Part shown: positions 11,901 to 24,935 of the stretch, piece by piece
Layout: every line of letters starts with the position of its first letter
Numbering within the stretch: the first letter of the stretch is position 1
Assembly: GCF_030684315.1 (NCBI RefSeq)
Contig: NC_081391.1
Location: 13,245,342-13,309,341, forward strand
Reading direction: 5' to 3'
From: Stegostoma tigrinum
Lineage: Eukaryota
DNA length: 64,000 bases
Position numbers and translations under genes: made by a program
Notes under the pieces: generated by a model
Told to the model about the DNA's origin: nothing
Database searches by the model: none
The model's input: only the letters and a program-made list of their open reading frames with translations

Positions 11901-14900
11901 ATGGCCTCCCAGATCAGTCAGAACTATCACCAGGATTGTGAAGCTGCTGTCAACAAGCAGATCAATGTGGAGCTCACTGCCTCCTATCTCTATCAGTCTT
12001 TGGTGAGTGGTGTCTCTGTTGGGTGAAACATACTTCTGTTCTGTTGAAGTAACCTCTTCCCCTTGGATGTAATTAAGTTGTCTATCTTCTAGACTGAGTT
12101 TTGTGGCTCCTACCTCTTTCTCAATGCAGGATGAGTGTGATGTTACTGTAACAATAGTTTGGTGTCTAATGTTACTCTAACTTGGGTCCCAGTTGGTTGT
12201 CAGTGAGATGTGGAGGGTGGAGTGTTCTTGTAGTTACTTGCCTGTCCCATGATGGTGCTGTGACTGGTGGTAATTATCGCTTCCTGTGACTGTTTGTTTG
12301 AAACTTGAGGGAACAAAATTAAAAATGAATTGGGACTCACCATTGTGGGAACGGAAGCACCATCAGCTAGTCACTGCTTTTCTTTTCCCTCTTGTGTCCT
12401 TGTTTCTATTTGAATCTTGTGGGGATCTGAAGTAAACCTGCCAATTGATACTGAGAATCTTGGTTTCCTATTGCAATCAGCTTAGAATAGGCTTGTTCTA
12501 GCCCTACAGAGCGGGGCCGAGAGGTGGCAAATGGAGTTTAATGCAGCTAAGTGTGAGGTGATGCACTTTGGTAGGAGTAACTGGAAGGCTAAGTACAGCG
12601 CTAAGGGTAAGATTCTTGGTGGTGTAGATGAGCAGAGAGATCTGTTGATAGATAGACATGGATTGTTGAAAGTTGCCACCCAGGTTGACAGGGCAATTAA
12701 GGTAGTGTTTTGTTTTCTATTAATAGAAGACTGAGTTCTGGAACCAAGAGGTTATGGTGAAGCTGTACAAAACTCTGGTGCAGCTGCACTTGGAGTATTG
12801 CGTACAGTTCTGGTCACTGCATTATAAGGATGTGAAGCTTTGGAAAGGGTGTAGAGGAGATCTGCTAGGATGTTGCCTGGTATGGAGGGAAGATCTTATG
12901 AGGAAAGGCTGAGGGACTTGAGGCTCTCTTCATTAGAGAGAAGAAGGTTGAGAGGTGACTTAATTGAAAGATATAAAATAATCAGAGAGGGCTAGTTAGG
13001 GTGGATAGGGAGAGCCTTTTTCCTAGATGGTGATGGTGAGCATGAGGTGGGGTAGCTTTAAATTGAGGGCTGATAAATATAGGACAGATGTCAGAGGTAG
13101 TTTCTTTATTCAGTAAGGGAATGTAATGCTTTGCCTGTGACAGTAGTAGATTTGCCCACTTTAGGTACACTTAAGTCATCATTGGATAAGCAAATGGGCG
13201 TACATGGAATAGTGTAGGTTAGATGGGCTTGAGATCAGTATGACAAGTCGGCACAACATCAAGGGCTGAAGGGCCTGCACTTGGCTGTTATGTTCTATGC
13301 TCAGATTAAACTGGGTGAGGTTGTGACTCTTATCTGATTAAGCAGATCTCCATTTGAAATCTACCTTGCTTTTCTTCATACTCATGAGGTGGGTGTGGGC
13401 TGTCTGTATGTCAAGTGTTGGAGCTTTTCAAAGGCACAGCACTGCCATGGGGCTGAGAATGTACTGACCCAGTGACTCTGGTAAAAAGTTTATGCCCGTT
13501 GTATTTGGCCTGATTCTAAACTAACTGGCCCCTCTTTCCCCAGATGGGGTGCTTGTGCCCTTCCAAGGGGTAGAATGTGTTTAGAAGGTGTTTACGTAAC
13601 CTTAGTGTTTGTTGCAGGGTGCTCTCTGGGCTTGTCCCTGTCAGCAGGAAGTCCCCTCCTGATGAGGATCAAGCCCCTGTCAGCCCCACTTTGGGAGGGG
13701 GAACAGCTTTCATTGAGCCAGCAGTTGGGTTTTAATCACTGACCCATTGTCCCAACACACCTTGTAAGCATGTGCCAGGAATGAAATCCTTACTATTCTA
13801 CATCTTCTAACTGCACATTTAAATCGCAAAGATAAATTGTGCTTGTGTGTGCATTTGAGAATTGAAGCAACTTTTTTCAGCAGGATTTGTAAGAATGTGC
13901 TTGTTACTGGCTGCTTCCAATAGCAGACCCGTTAAACCTCAATACACTGAATTGTGAACATCCTGGTTTAGAAATCTACAGGACTTTGCCTGTTGGATTA
14001 AGTCAACAGTGGTTTTTCCAGGTTAATGAGGGATCTTGTCTGGAGAGTAGTTGATCTGCAGATCACTGTCATATTTGTCATGTGATCAGTTTGTTTTGTC
14101 AGTCTTTCTTTCATGTGTAATGGTACAAGTTGCTAGCAGTCTGAGTCAGTGCAGCTGTTTTAGATGCAGCAGTAAACTGTTGCAGTAACAATCCAAAGGC
14201 TGTCCTTAGGCAGGCTTTCCTTGGCAGATTCTTGGAGCTAACGTCCTTCATTCATCTCCTCATGCACCCGCAGGCACCCCTATACTGCAGTTCTTGTCAA
14301 ACTAATAGATACAGTGCATCCAATTGCATTGATCCTGACTAAGCAGAAAATGTGCTTCTTCCTAGCTGTTAATTGCAGTGTCTAGGATCTGTTTTCTGGT
14401 CTTTGCCAAAGCAGCAATACAGTGCCCTGCAGCTGTTCTATTGGTGTACATCCTGTGCTCCAGCCCCTGGCACTTCTTGAAACCCTGTTCAATCAAAGTT
14501 TTATCCCATTTCTGGTGGAGGTTAATCAGTAAAAACATCAATTCACACTTGTTCTCACCAAATGCTGTGCCAGACCCTCCTGGGCAAGTTGCCAGGAGTT
14601 TCAAACCAAAATAAAACACATGGTGTTTACAGCTTACCTGGAGGAAGCTGAGATTGTTTTGATTTTTCCAATTCAACAGCAACTGCTCCAAACTGGGTTC
14701 TGAATTGTTAATGCATCAGGTACTTAACAGCTTATTGTCAGTTTGATTTTGAGAATGCTCAAGTAGCCCTGTAGTTCTGAACTGAAATTGGACCATGACG
14801 TGTTAATGGACTTTACCGTGTTCTCCCTTCCAAATGTCCTACTTTGACCGGGATGATGTTGCCCTTCCCCATTTTTCCCAGTTCTTCAAACATCAGTCTC

Positions 14901-17096
14901 ACGAGAAGCGGGAACATGCAGAGAAGCTGTTGAAATTCCAGAATCAGCGTGGAGGCAGAGTCCTCCTCCAAGATGTGAAGGTTGGAGTTGGGTGGGGTGG
15001 GGAATGGGATGGTAATGGCTGCTCTTGTGGTGTGGTTTCAAGTCAGTGACAAGGTTTTCATTTGAGTCAAAACTTTGTTCAGCCTGATTGATCTCCTTTT
15101 TGAAGCCAGTGTGGAAAGAAGCCCTTTGGCCCACCATGTCTATGCTGACCCCACAAACACTAAACAACATTAATCCCACTTAGCTGCCCTTGGTCCACAG
15201 GCCACTGTCCTGGCACTAAGTACTTGTCCAGCTGGACCCTAAACTGATCTTGAGTCGCAGTTTCCACCACCATCCAACCCTTTATGTGGTTCATCTCATA
15301 TATTTCAAACAGCCCCTCAGAGGGGTGGGGGGTGGGGTCAAGTTTCCTCCAATCCCCTCTAACCTGCTTACTCCTCAAACCTGGTTTCTCTCCGGTGTTG
15401 GTGTCTGCCATGGGGAAGACATTCCATCAACTGGCCACTCTCTATTCTTCAATAGTTACATCAGGTCGCTCCCTCAGCCTTTCCTGCTCCTCAAAACCCC
15501 AGCCTACCTAACATCCAATCAATGGCTCTTGGGGAACCTCACCAGCATCCCCCCTGCATTGCCATCCTGTCCTTGTGACTGGTTAGGCCAAAGAGGCAAT
15601 GTGGTGACCAGAAAAACAAACTGAGGAGACTGGTCCCCTTCCTGTTCCACCCCCACCAAACTAATAGAGGTTGCTTGCCCTCTGTCACTGTTACACCCTG
15701 TTGACCTTGTCTGAACTTTGAGGGATCTATGGTTGTGGGCCTTTCTTAACTGTTAGCAGCACAACACACTTTGCAAACACCTCGCTGTCCCTTGGATGAA
15801 TTAAATAGCCGTGATGTTTCTGATCATCCTGCTCAGGCATGTATGAAGCCACCAGCACAAGTGGTACTTGAACCTTGGCCTTGTCAGCCAGAGACAGGGG
15901 CACTACCACTGTACCATGACAGCATTTAGGATTCACTCGTGAATATCCTCGCAATTCCATCAGATGGACCCTGATGCAAATCTTGTCATTATCCCCCACA
16001 ATGACCTGTTATTCAACTTCCTCCTTCAGATCAAGGACCGACAGGCAAGGTGAAAGCAATTCGAAGGAACTGTTCTTCAGCTGTGCTCCAGGGCTGCCTC
16101 AGGGGCTAGCAGTGTTCTCAGTGCTAGGGACACAGGTCTGGATCTGGCCTCTGGTGAGGGACTGGTGTTTACATGTCCTCCCCATGTCTGCATTGGTGTC
16201 CTCATAGGATAAGGGGATTGGCCATCTGAAATGCAGGGTTACAGGAATAGGGTGGGAGAATGACGAGTTGGGATCCTCTTCAGAGCAGTTACAGACTGAT
16301 CCACGTTGTAAAGATTCTGAAGCTTAACTGTCCAACTTTCCTTCCTCCAGAAGCCAGAGAGGGATGAGTGGGGTAACAGCCTGCAGGCAATGCAGGTTGC
16401 CCTGGATCTGGAGAAGAATGTGAACCAGAGTTTGTTGGATCTACACCAAGTCGCCACAGCCCAGACTGACCCTCATGTAAGCTTCACCTCCTCATTGACT
16501 TCACTGCTAGGCCCTCAGGGCAACACGTTCATTGGTTGGTCTTTTGTGGATTAGAAATTCAGTTAGACTTTGTTTTTGTGCAGATGACATGGATCACTTC
16601 AGATCCATAGTGATTACAAAATCATTGCTGAGCAGTTGAGTCCAAGTGTGTATTTTAACCTGTAAACCTGTGGGGAGGACTGAGGTGATATTGGTCACTG
16701 AATTCTCATTCAGGACCACTGCAGTGGAATGACTTTTATCCATCACAAGTTAACTCTGCTCCAGTAAATAAACAGCAAGATGAAACTGCTAAAAAGCAGT
16801 TGTCCTCTTTGCACAATTTCTCCAGGCGTTGGCTCGAGACATCCCTGACCATCTCCCTCCATATGCATGTTTTTCAGTGGGAATTCTGAAGTTGTCTTGG
16901 ATAGTGTTAATGTACCAAGTGTCATATTCCTCTGTTGCAGCTGTGTGACTTCCTGGAGACCGACTATTTGGATGAGGAGGTGAGGATCATCAAGCAACTC
17001 GGGGACGACATCACCAACCTGAAGCGCCTGGGAGCCCCTGAGAATGGGATGGGAGAGTACCTGTTTGACAGGCTCTCCCTGGAGGACAGCAGTTAG
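11901..17096 (+). pseudogene. Ferritin copy C, open exons but intron-1 acceptor mutated (probable pseudogene)
   Basis: Exons 11901-12002, 14834-14980, 16351-16476 and 16941-17096. The acceptor before exon 2 is ttcCAA|atg instead of CAG. Exon 4 has non-conservative changes (ETDY, VRII, GDDI). AATAAA at 17220-17225. Confidence 0.75.
12504..13299 (+). mobile_element. 5'-truncated CR1 LINE in intron 1 of copy C
   Basis: Translation [17 protein letters not shown]... is typical of CR1 ORF2, with a 3' tail ending in tgttctatg. Confidence 0.9.
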
Positions 17097-19610
17097 TGTG
17101 GCCTGGAGTACTGCTTGGTCTGAATGCATTCCCCACTTCACCCTGGCCAATCTGTCTCCTTCCAGGGAGAAGGGGCTTGTAGCAAAGAACGTAATGGCTG
17201 TACCAGCCGAATGGAAATGAATAAAATGATCTCTTGATCTCAGTTCCTGTGCATCATTTTGAGCCCATTGATACCTCTCTTTGGTCAAGCAAGCTTTCTT
17301 GCCTTACTTCACCACTGCTTTTCCCCAACCCCCATGGACAGACTGCAGGCCAATGGGAGCCAGTTGGGGTTCAAATGGGGCCTGTGACCGACCCTTACTA
17401 CAGCCATCAACTGGTGGCCCTGCTGACCAGTTCACTTTGTCACTGAAGTCTGCTGCTCCTCCCAGGGGACCTTGGGTTTTCTGAACTTGCTTGGTTCAAC
17501 TGCATAGATTTGTTTTTTCCCCGGAAGGAATCCAAAATTCCTTCAAGTGGCTTCCTCAGTTTGTTGCTTTCTTTCCTTCGCCCAGGGCTCAGGCCCTCCC
17601 CATAACTGGAAGTCCACCAGCCCTGAGCTGGGCAACTTCAGCCCAAACATTCTCAACAGTCACATTCCAGAGAATCATCTCCAGATTCTCTGGGGCTACT
17701 TGATTGATAGTGGATGCTCCTGATACCATAAATACAAGGATTGGTGACCTGGGGCTTGGATGATAGCCCATGGTTCAAAATACTCCCATTTGGTTTATGC
17801 TTGCAGCTACAACAGGCCTCTGACTGAAGGGTTTGTACAAAAAGCTGCTGCCTTGTTTCTTGGAACCTTTCCATGGGCTGATTGAGTTTTTTGACCCAGT
17901 GAGGGAGCAGGGATTTCTGGGGAAGGTGGGGACTGTCTCCTTTAGTCAAGATGCCTGGACATGCTGACTTTGCTGTACAGCTGTTTCCTTGATCATTCAA
18001 GGTGTCTGATCATGGGTTAGGGAGGGGGTGATCAGAGACAGCCCAGAGATTGTCTTGTTTTGGCACGAGTGCACACTGTAGCCTTCAGAAGAGTGTGGGT
18101 CATTAAGGTACTGAATATATTTGTTCCATCACAAAAATCCTTGTTGTTTGGCCCAGTCTCTATCCTTGGTGATAGAACCCCTGCTCTCTGGCAAGAGGCC
18201 ATTTGACCCAGGTAGCATCAACCTTCTGACCAGCATCCTGCTCAGTCCCACCCCAGTCCTTTAACCCTGTGTCTTCCCCATGGCTAATCCAGCTTGCCCC
18301 TTGTCAAAATCTCCAACTTAGCATTGCCTATCCACTTGACCAGCAAATAGTTCAGATGGTGGGTGGGAAACCAAACAGACACTGTAAATGTACAAACTCC
18401 CCAGGGTGCCCTAAGGCTGTAATAAATCCCATGTCGCTGTGAGGTAAGTGCTTGTTACTGAGCCACTGTCTCACCCTAAAGTACCGAACAAAGGAATATG
18501 CTGTTGCATTCTGTCAGAGTCCTACAGCAGGGATACAGGTTGTTTGGCTCAAACCGTCCAGGCCGAGCAGTGTTCCAAATCTGAACTAGTTGTGTTTGCC
18601 CCATATCCCTCAACCAGTCCTTTCCCTGGAAATCACCAAATGTCTTTTAACAACTGCAATTGCACCCACTTCTCCTGCTTCATGTAGCAGCTCATTCTTG
18701 ACAAACCATTTTCTGTGGGAAAAGCTCTTCTTCAGCTTCTTTCTCTTCCCCCCCCCCCCCCCCCCCCCCGCCGACCAACCCCACATGCCTGTGTGTGAAA
18801 ACATTACCCCTACCTCCTCTACTTTTGGACTCCCCTACCCTGTCCCAGCATGCTTACTGTATGCAGTCAATCGTGAGTGTGCCAATGGCAAGGCTACATT
18901 TAGTGCACAGCAAGTGTTACACTCCAGAAGGTGGTGATGAGCTGGTCATTACAGTCCATCTGGTGTAGGAGAGACTGGAATGATGCTGCTGAGGAGGGGC
19001 TTCTGGGATTTTCATTCACAAACAGGGATATTTTCCCAAGTCAGGATGGTGACAGACTTACATGGAGCTCCATTGCGTGTTGTTGGTGCTGCCTCTAGCC
19101 AGAACATTGAAAACTGTTCCAGCATTACTCACTCCTAACTTCAGTCTTATTGAGGGTGGACCGGCTTTGGAAAGTTAGAAGTTGCGTAATCACAACAGAA
19201 TTCCCTGCCTCTGACTTCCCAATTTTTGAGTTGTTCACTCTACAGAATGCAATGAAAACTGTAACAGATACTGTCACCTTGGAAACATGCTGGCGTTAAG
19301 CGCTGATTCAACTTCAACAATGAAAAACCAAACAGGGAGACAGAAATGTTCAATGTGCGATACGTTTCTAGCAGCAGCTGAGACACAGAACCCTGAGGCC
19401 TACTGTGTATAAGAGGCACTCAGCACATTTAGCATCTTGCTTTTCAAACTGGGCTTCATGCGACCCTAAGTCACGGTGATCACAGCAGATTCTGAATGGA
19501 TCTACAAAGGACATCGGTTGCTTGTATCAGACAATCCAAAAGCACGTTATTCTGTCACTGCACAGAAATAGGAAAATGTTCATATCAACCAAATCAGGGC
19601 ATTTTACAAG

Positions 19611-21063
19611 GATGAGGATAGCAAAGGTCATTACCCTGTTCAGAGGATAGCAAATGTGGTTCCCCTGTGCAAGAAGGGGAGTAGAGACAAACCTGGTAAT
19701 TGTAGACCAGTCAGCCTTACCTCAGTTGTTGGTAAAGTGTTGAAAACGGTTATAAGGGATAGGATTTATAATTATCTCAAAGAATAAATTGGTTAGGGAT
19801 AGTCAGCACGGTTTTGCGAAGGGAAGGTCGTGCCTCACAAACCTTATTGAGTTCTTTCAGAAGGTGAGCAAACAGGTATTTGAGAGTAAACCGGTTGATG
19901 TGGTGCATATGGATTTCAGCAAGTCGTTCGATAAGATTCGCCACAGTAGGCTATTGTACAAAATGCGGAGGAATGGAATTGTGGGAGATATAGCAGTTTG
20001 GATCGGAAATTGGCTTGCTGAAAGAAGACAGAGGGTGGTAGTTGATGGGAAATGTTCATCCTGGAGACCAGTTACTAGTGGTGTACTGCAAGGGTCGGTG
20101 TTGGGTCCACTGCATTTTTATAAATGACCTGGATGAGTTTGTAGAAGGATGGGTTAGTAAATTTGCAGACGACACTAAGGTCAGTGGAGTTGTGGATAGT
20201 GACGAAGGCAGCTGTAGGTCGCAGAGAGACATAGATAAGCTGCAGAGCTGGGCTGAGAAGTGGCAAATGGAGTTTAATGCAGACAGGTGTGAGGTGATGC
20301 ACTTTTGTAGGAGTAACTGGAAGGCAAAGTACAGGGCTAATGGTAAGATTCTTGGTGGTGTAGATGAGCAGAGAGATCTCGGTGTCCATGAACACAGATC
20401 CTTGAAAGTTGCCACCCAGGTTGACAGGGTGGTTTAGAAGGCATACAATGTTTTGGCTTTTACTAATAGAGGGATTGAGCTCCAGAACCAAGAGGTTATG
20501 GCGAAGCTGTACAAAACTCTGGTTAGGCCGCACTTGGAGTATTGTGTACAGTTCTGGTCACCCCATTATAAGAAGGATGTAGAAGCTTTGGAAAGGGTGC
20601 AGAGGAGATTTACTAGGATGTTGCCTGGTATGGAGGGAAGGTCTTACGAGGAAAGGCTGAGGGACTTGAGGCTGTTTTCATTCGAGAGAAGAAGGCTGAG
20701 AGGTGACTGAATTGAAACATTTAAAATAATTCGAGGGTTGGATAAGGAGAGCCTTTTTCCTCGGATGGTGACAGCGAGCACGAGGGGGCATTGCTTGAAA
20801 TTGAGGTGTGAACGATATAGGACAGATGTCAGAGGTAGTTTCTCTACTCAGAGTAGTGAGGGAATGGAACGCTTTGCCTGCAACGGTAGTAGATTCACCA
20901 ACTTGAGGTACATTTGAGTCGTCATTGGACGAGCACATGGACGTACATGGAATAGTGTCGGTTAGATGGGCTCCATATCGGTATGACTGGTCGGCACAAC
21001 ATCGAGGGCCGAAGGGCCTGTACTGTGCTGTAATGTTCTATGTTTTATGTTCTATATTCTATG
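19611..21063 (+). mobile_element. 5'-truncated CR1 LINE (RT domain), upstream of copy D
   Basis: Motifs ANVVPLCKKGSRD..RPVSLTSVVGK, SQHGF.KGRSCLTNL, QGSVLGP, SKFADDTK and LVRPHLEYCVQFWSP, plus a (TTCTATG)n-like tail. Frameshifted. Confidence 0.95.
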
Positions 21064-21246
21064 GCTCCAACACCAACGTTCAAAAGTTATGACGACTATT
21101 CCCTCAGATTAACAATCCGACGAAATTGTGCAAATCTGTGATGACTGAGTCTTAACGCACAACCTCAGATACACAAGTGAAGGTTTAGAGTATATTTTAT
21201 TGTCATTTTCTGGCAAATACATTTACAGAATGTGCACTTGTACAGG

Positions 21247-21434
21247 AGGTCAAAGGTCATTCAGCAATTCCATCATCGACCAGTTGTCAACTGTGATTCG
21301 TTTCTGGATCCAGTTCCCATCCTGCACTGATTGGACGTGGCAGCTGATCAATTGATGAACAAGAGTGATTGGCCATCACTGATGATGTCATTTCCTGCTT
21401 CATAAAATGAGAGTCTGCTCCTGGAGTATAAGTA
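21247..21434 (+). promoter_or_regulatory. Core promoter of ferritin copy D
   Basis: Perfect DR1 21247-21259, ATTGG x2, TGATGTCA, TATAAGTA at 21427. Confidence 0.65.
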
Positions 21435-21467
21435 ATGCCCCAAGGACGTTATGTTTTTTTGTCTAGT

Positions 21468-21523
21468 TGATGTTGGTTATAAATTGGTCACTGATGTTGG
21501 TTATAAATTGGTCACTTATGTTG
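21468..21523 (+). repeat. 24-bp tandem repeat in the 5' UTR of copy D
   Basis: tgatgttggttataaattggtcac x2 plus a partial third unit. Confidence 0.85.
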
Positions 21524-21940
21524 TGAATAGAGTAAAACAAACTCCCCATCACAAGATGGCCTCCCAGATTAGTCAGAACTATCACCAGGATTGTGAAGCT
21601 GCTGTCAACAAGCAGATTCATGTGGAGCTCACTGCCTCCTATCTCTATCAGTCTTTGGTGAGTCTTGTCCCTAGGGGGTTAAAACTTGATCTATGTAGTT
21701 GCAGTAAATGGTTTCTCTTGAATTTAAATAACTGGACACTCTCTCTGGTCGACTGAGTTTTGTGGTCCTTTCCTAAATATTAATTCAGGATAAGGGCAAT
21801 GTTACTATACCAATGGGGTTTGATAATGATGTACTCTGAAGCTGGGTCCCAGTTGGCATTTGGAGATATGTGGAGGTTTAAGTGTCCCTGGAGATATTTG
21901 CCAGTTTTGATTGGCAGTAGATGTCATTCCCTCTAAGATT

Positions 21941-22075
21941 ACACAGCAGGCTGAGCAGGATGGCTGATGTTTTGGGGCTTGACCCTTCTGAAGGTGTGTC
22001 TAGGCCCAAAACATCAGCTTTCCTGCTCCTTTGCTTGGCCTGATGTGTTCATTCAGCTCTACATCATTGTATCTC
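21941..22075. mobile_element. Penelope-like element terminal remnant arranged as an inverted repeat
   Basis: Arms gagcagga..gctgatgttttgggg..gacccttc / gaagg..gtctaggcccaaaacatcagc..tcctgctc. This is the same sequence as the end of the Penelope element at 58806. Confidence 0.7.
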
Positions 22076-24697
22076 AAGGGGTAGAGTGTGTTTAGAAGTT
22101 GTGTTGAAGTAACCTTGGTGAGTGCTGCAGGGGACCTGGTAGATAATGGACCCTGAAAGGAGGTGGTGAATGCAGTCCCCATCAAGTGGGCTGCTCTGTC
22201 CTGGATGGTGTCTGCTTCTTGCATGTGGCAGCTCCACCTCCACAGACACATGGAGAAGCTTCATCACACTCGGCTTTTTTCTCTTAGAAAGAAGATGCCT
22301 CATGACAGATGGATGAAGCCTGTGTAAACTCCATTTGGGAGGTGGGTACAGCTTTCATTGGTGAGCTAGTTGATGGGTGTTAATTCCTGACCAGGGTCCC
22401 AATTCCCTTGGGGAACATGTGTGCCAATTCTAAAATCCTTCCTATTCTCTCCTGCCACAGCTTGTCCCTACCCCAATTAAACAGCCAAGAAATTTTGTTT
22501 GACTGCTTCTGCTTCAAGAAAGTAACTTCCCACCAGGTTTCCTCAACAACAAAACCCTTAGCTCCTGTTTCAAATATCAGAAGAATAGCCCTTCATAAAC
22601 CTCAAGGCATTGGATTGTGAATATCTCGGTTCGGAAGTGAGTCACATATGGGTGGACAAACAACAGAACGCTGCCTGCTGGAATAAGCCAAACTCTGGTG
22701 TCCAGCTTTGTGTTAACTAGTGATGTTAGATCAGCCGTTATCTGGAGGTACATGTCGCATTGGCCTGCTCCCCCTCTCCCTCTCCCCCCTGCGTGCTCTT
22801 GTGGTCATGTGACCCTTGTTTTCTCCCCCCCCGACCCCTTCTGGATGTGAGTGCACTAATTTTACTGTGCTATAAACTATAGCTGCAACAATCCAGAGGC
22901 TGTTACTGGGTAGGTTTTCCTTTGCACTATCTTGTTGTCGCTTTCTCTCATTCGCCTCTACTATATCTTGTAGTAATAAAATATACCGTACACTATCTCC
23001 CTGGTTTTGAGGCTGCAGAAACCTTGCTTCCTCCTAGTTATATTGTTACAGCAGTGTCTAACATGCATTTCCATGCCAGCCCCAAAGGAGCAATAGTGTT
23101 GCAGCTCCGCTACTCAACTATAGCCTGCACTCCAGCTCCTGGTGCTTGTTTCAGCTGTTTTTTAGGCTCTAAATTTGTCCAATTCAAATGAAGGTTAGTG
23201 AGTGAAAACATGGCTGGATGCAAGAAGAGCTATAATGCTGTGCCAGACAGCCTGAGCAATTCACTGTTTTAAGCCAAACTTTTGCCAGTTTCCAATAGGA
23301 AATTGGGATTGTTGTTAGTTCCCAGTTGAAGGATCTGCTGGCCAGCTGGATATCAGCGGATTCTCAACCATGTTCACATACCACGCAGTTAACAGCTAAC
23401 TGAGCAGGTAGCTTGCTGCAGAAGGCTGAACTAGAATTTGGAGTCAGTGCTGTGTTCAATGGGCTTTAACATGTTCTCTCCCTTCCAGATGACCTACTTT
23501 GACTGGGATGATGTGGCCCTCCCCCACTTCTCCCAGTTCTTCAAAGATCAGTCCCAGGTGAAGCAGGAACCTGCAGAGAAGCTGCTGAAATTCCAGAATC
23601 AGCGTGGAGGCAGAGGCTGAGTCCTCCTCCAGGATGTGAAGGTTGGAGTTGTGTGGGAGGGTTGCAGCTGTGGGGAAGAGAATGGCAGCTCTTGTGGTGC
23701 TGTTTCCTGTTGGGATGTAAAAATCCTCTTTTGGCCTGGCTTCCCTGTTTGATTTCTTTTGAAGGCAGTTTCTAAACTAGCCCTATTGTCCACCGTGTCT
23801 ATGCTGCCCACAAACCTCAAACTACATTAACACAATTTCCTTGCACTTAGTCCCCAGCCTACTATCTTCTGGCATGAAGAAGTTGTTGAGATTAGGCTTA
23901 AATGTTGCTGGAGTAACTTCCTCCACTGACCCCTCAGGTCATGCATCCCATACCTCTCCCACCCTCCATTATCCTCCAATCTCCTCAAACCTGTGCCATC
24001 TGGTCTTCATGTCTGCCACAGGGACTGTCTATTGTCCATGCTCCCTGATCTTCCACACTTCCATGAGATAACCATCCCAGTCTATCCAACCTCCCTCTCA
24101 TCATTGTTTTTTTTGTCAGTTTTCTTCCCCCATCTTGGGCCAACATCCTGATGACCCTCACCTGTACCCCCTCCAGTGTCACCCTGTCCCTCTGATTGTG
24201 GTTCTGGTCACCACACTACATTCCATCTTTGGTCTGGCCAATGCTGCCATGTTTATGGCAAGACTCATCCTTTTTACTGATCCCCAACTCCTGGAGACCA
24301 GCATCATGTCAGCCCCTTCCCCACTCTGTCTACCTTTGCTGAACCTTGAGGGATGGCCTTGGGCATTTGTTGCTTGTCCCTTTTACTGTAAGCACATTGC
24401 TGCTCCCTTCAATGAATTAAACAGCAGTGATGTCTGATCATCCTGCTCAGACATGTATGAAGCCACTGGCACAGGTGAGACATAGATGCCTGGCCTGCAA
24501 GGTCCAGATTGGTACTCTACCTCAAGAGCCCTTGAGACTAAGGTGTGAATGTCCTGATCTAAATGACAAATGGGCACTGGTGCAAACAGTTTAACTTTGT
24601 GTGAAATAAATCCCTGTCCCCACAATGACTTCATGCTTCAGATCAAGGATAAATGGAGCAAAGTGAAGTCACCTACAAGTCATCAATGTGGGTTTTA

Positions 24698-24935
24698 GGG
24701 GTGGCACAGTTGCTCAGTGGTTAGCACTGCTGCCTCAGTGCCAGGGACACAGGTTTAGCTCTGGCCTCTGGTGACTGGTGCTGACATGATCAGTTTCTTC
24801 CTACAGTCCAAATATGGGCAGGCTGGGTGAAGTAGCTGTGGGGGAAATGCAGGGCTATGGGATCAGGTAAATCTGAGATCTGCTTCAGAAGGTTGATTGC
24901 AGACTCAATGGGCTGAATGGCCTGCTCCCATGCTG
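24698..24935 (+). mobile_element. tRNA-derived SINE (HE1-like) in intron 2 of copy D
   Basis: Head ggggtggcacagttgctcagtggttagcactgctgcctcagtgccagggac, and a CR1-like 3' end gggctgaatggcct. Confidence 0.75.

Larger units (their letters stand above)
8439..21410 (+). repeat. Segmental duplication unit 1 (paralogous to ~34375-47360)
   Basis: Near-identical sequence at a ~25.9 kb offset: ORFs 9017/34961, ATGs 11901/37854, exon 2 14834/40754, CR1 19611/45550. Confidence 0.85.

Noticed and set aside
16743-17288. Antisense ORFs over exon 4 and exon 2
   Set aside because: They are shadow frames of the ferritin exons, with lengths not conserved among copies.
24698-24770. tRNA-like sequence with A/B boxes
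   Set aside because: It is a SINE head with a degenerate B box and cannot form a full cloverleaf.
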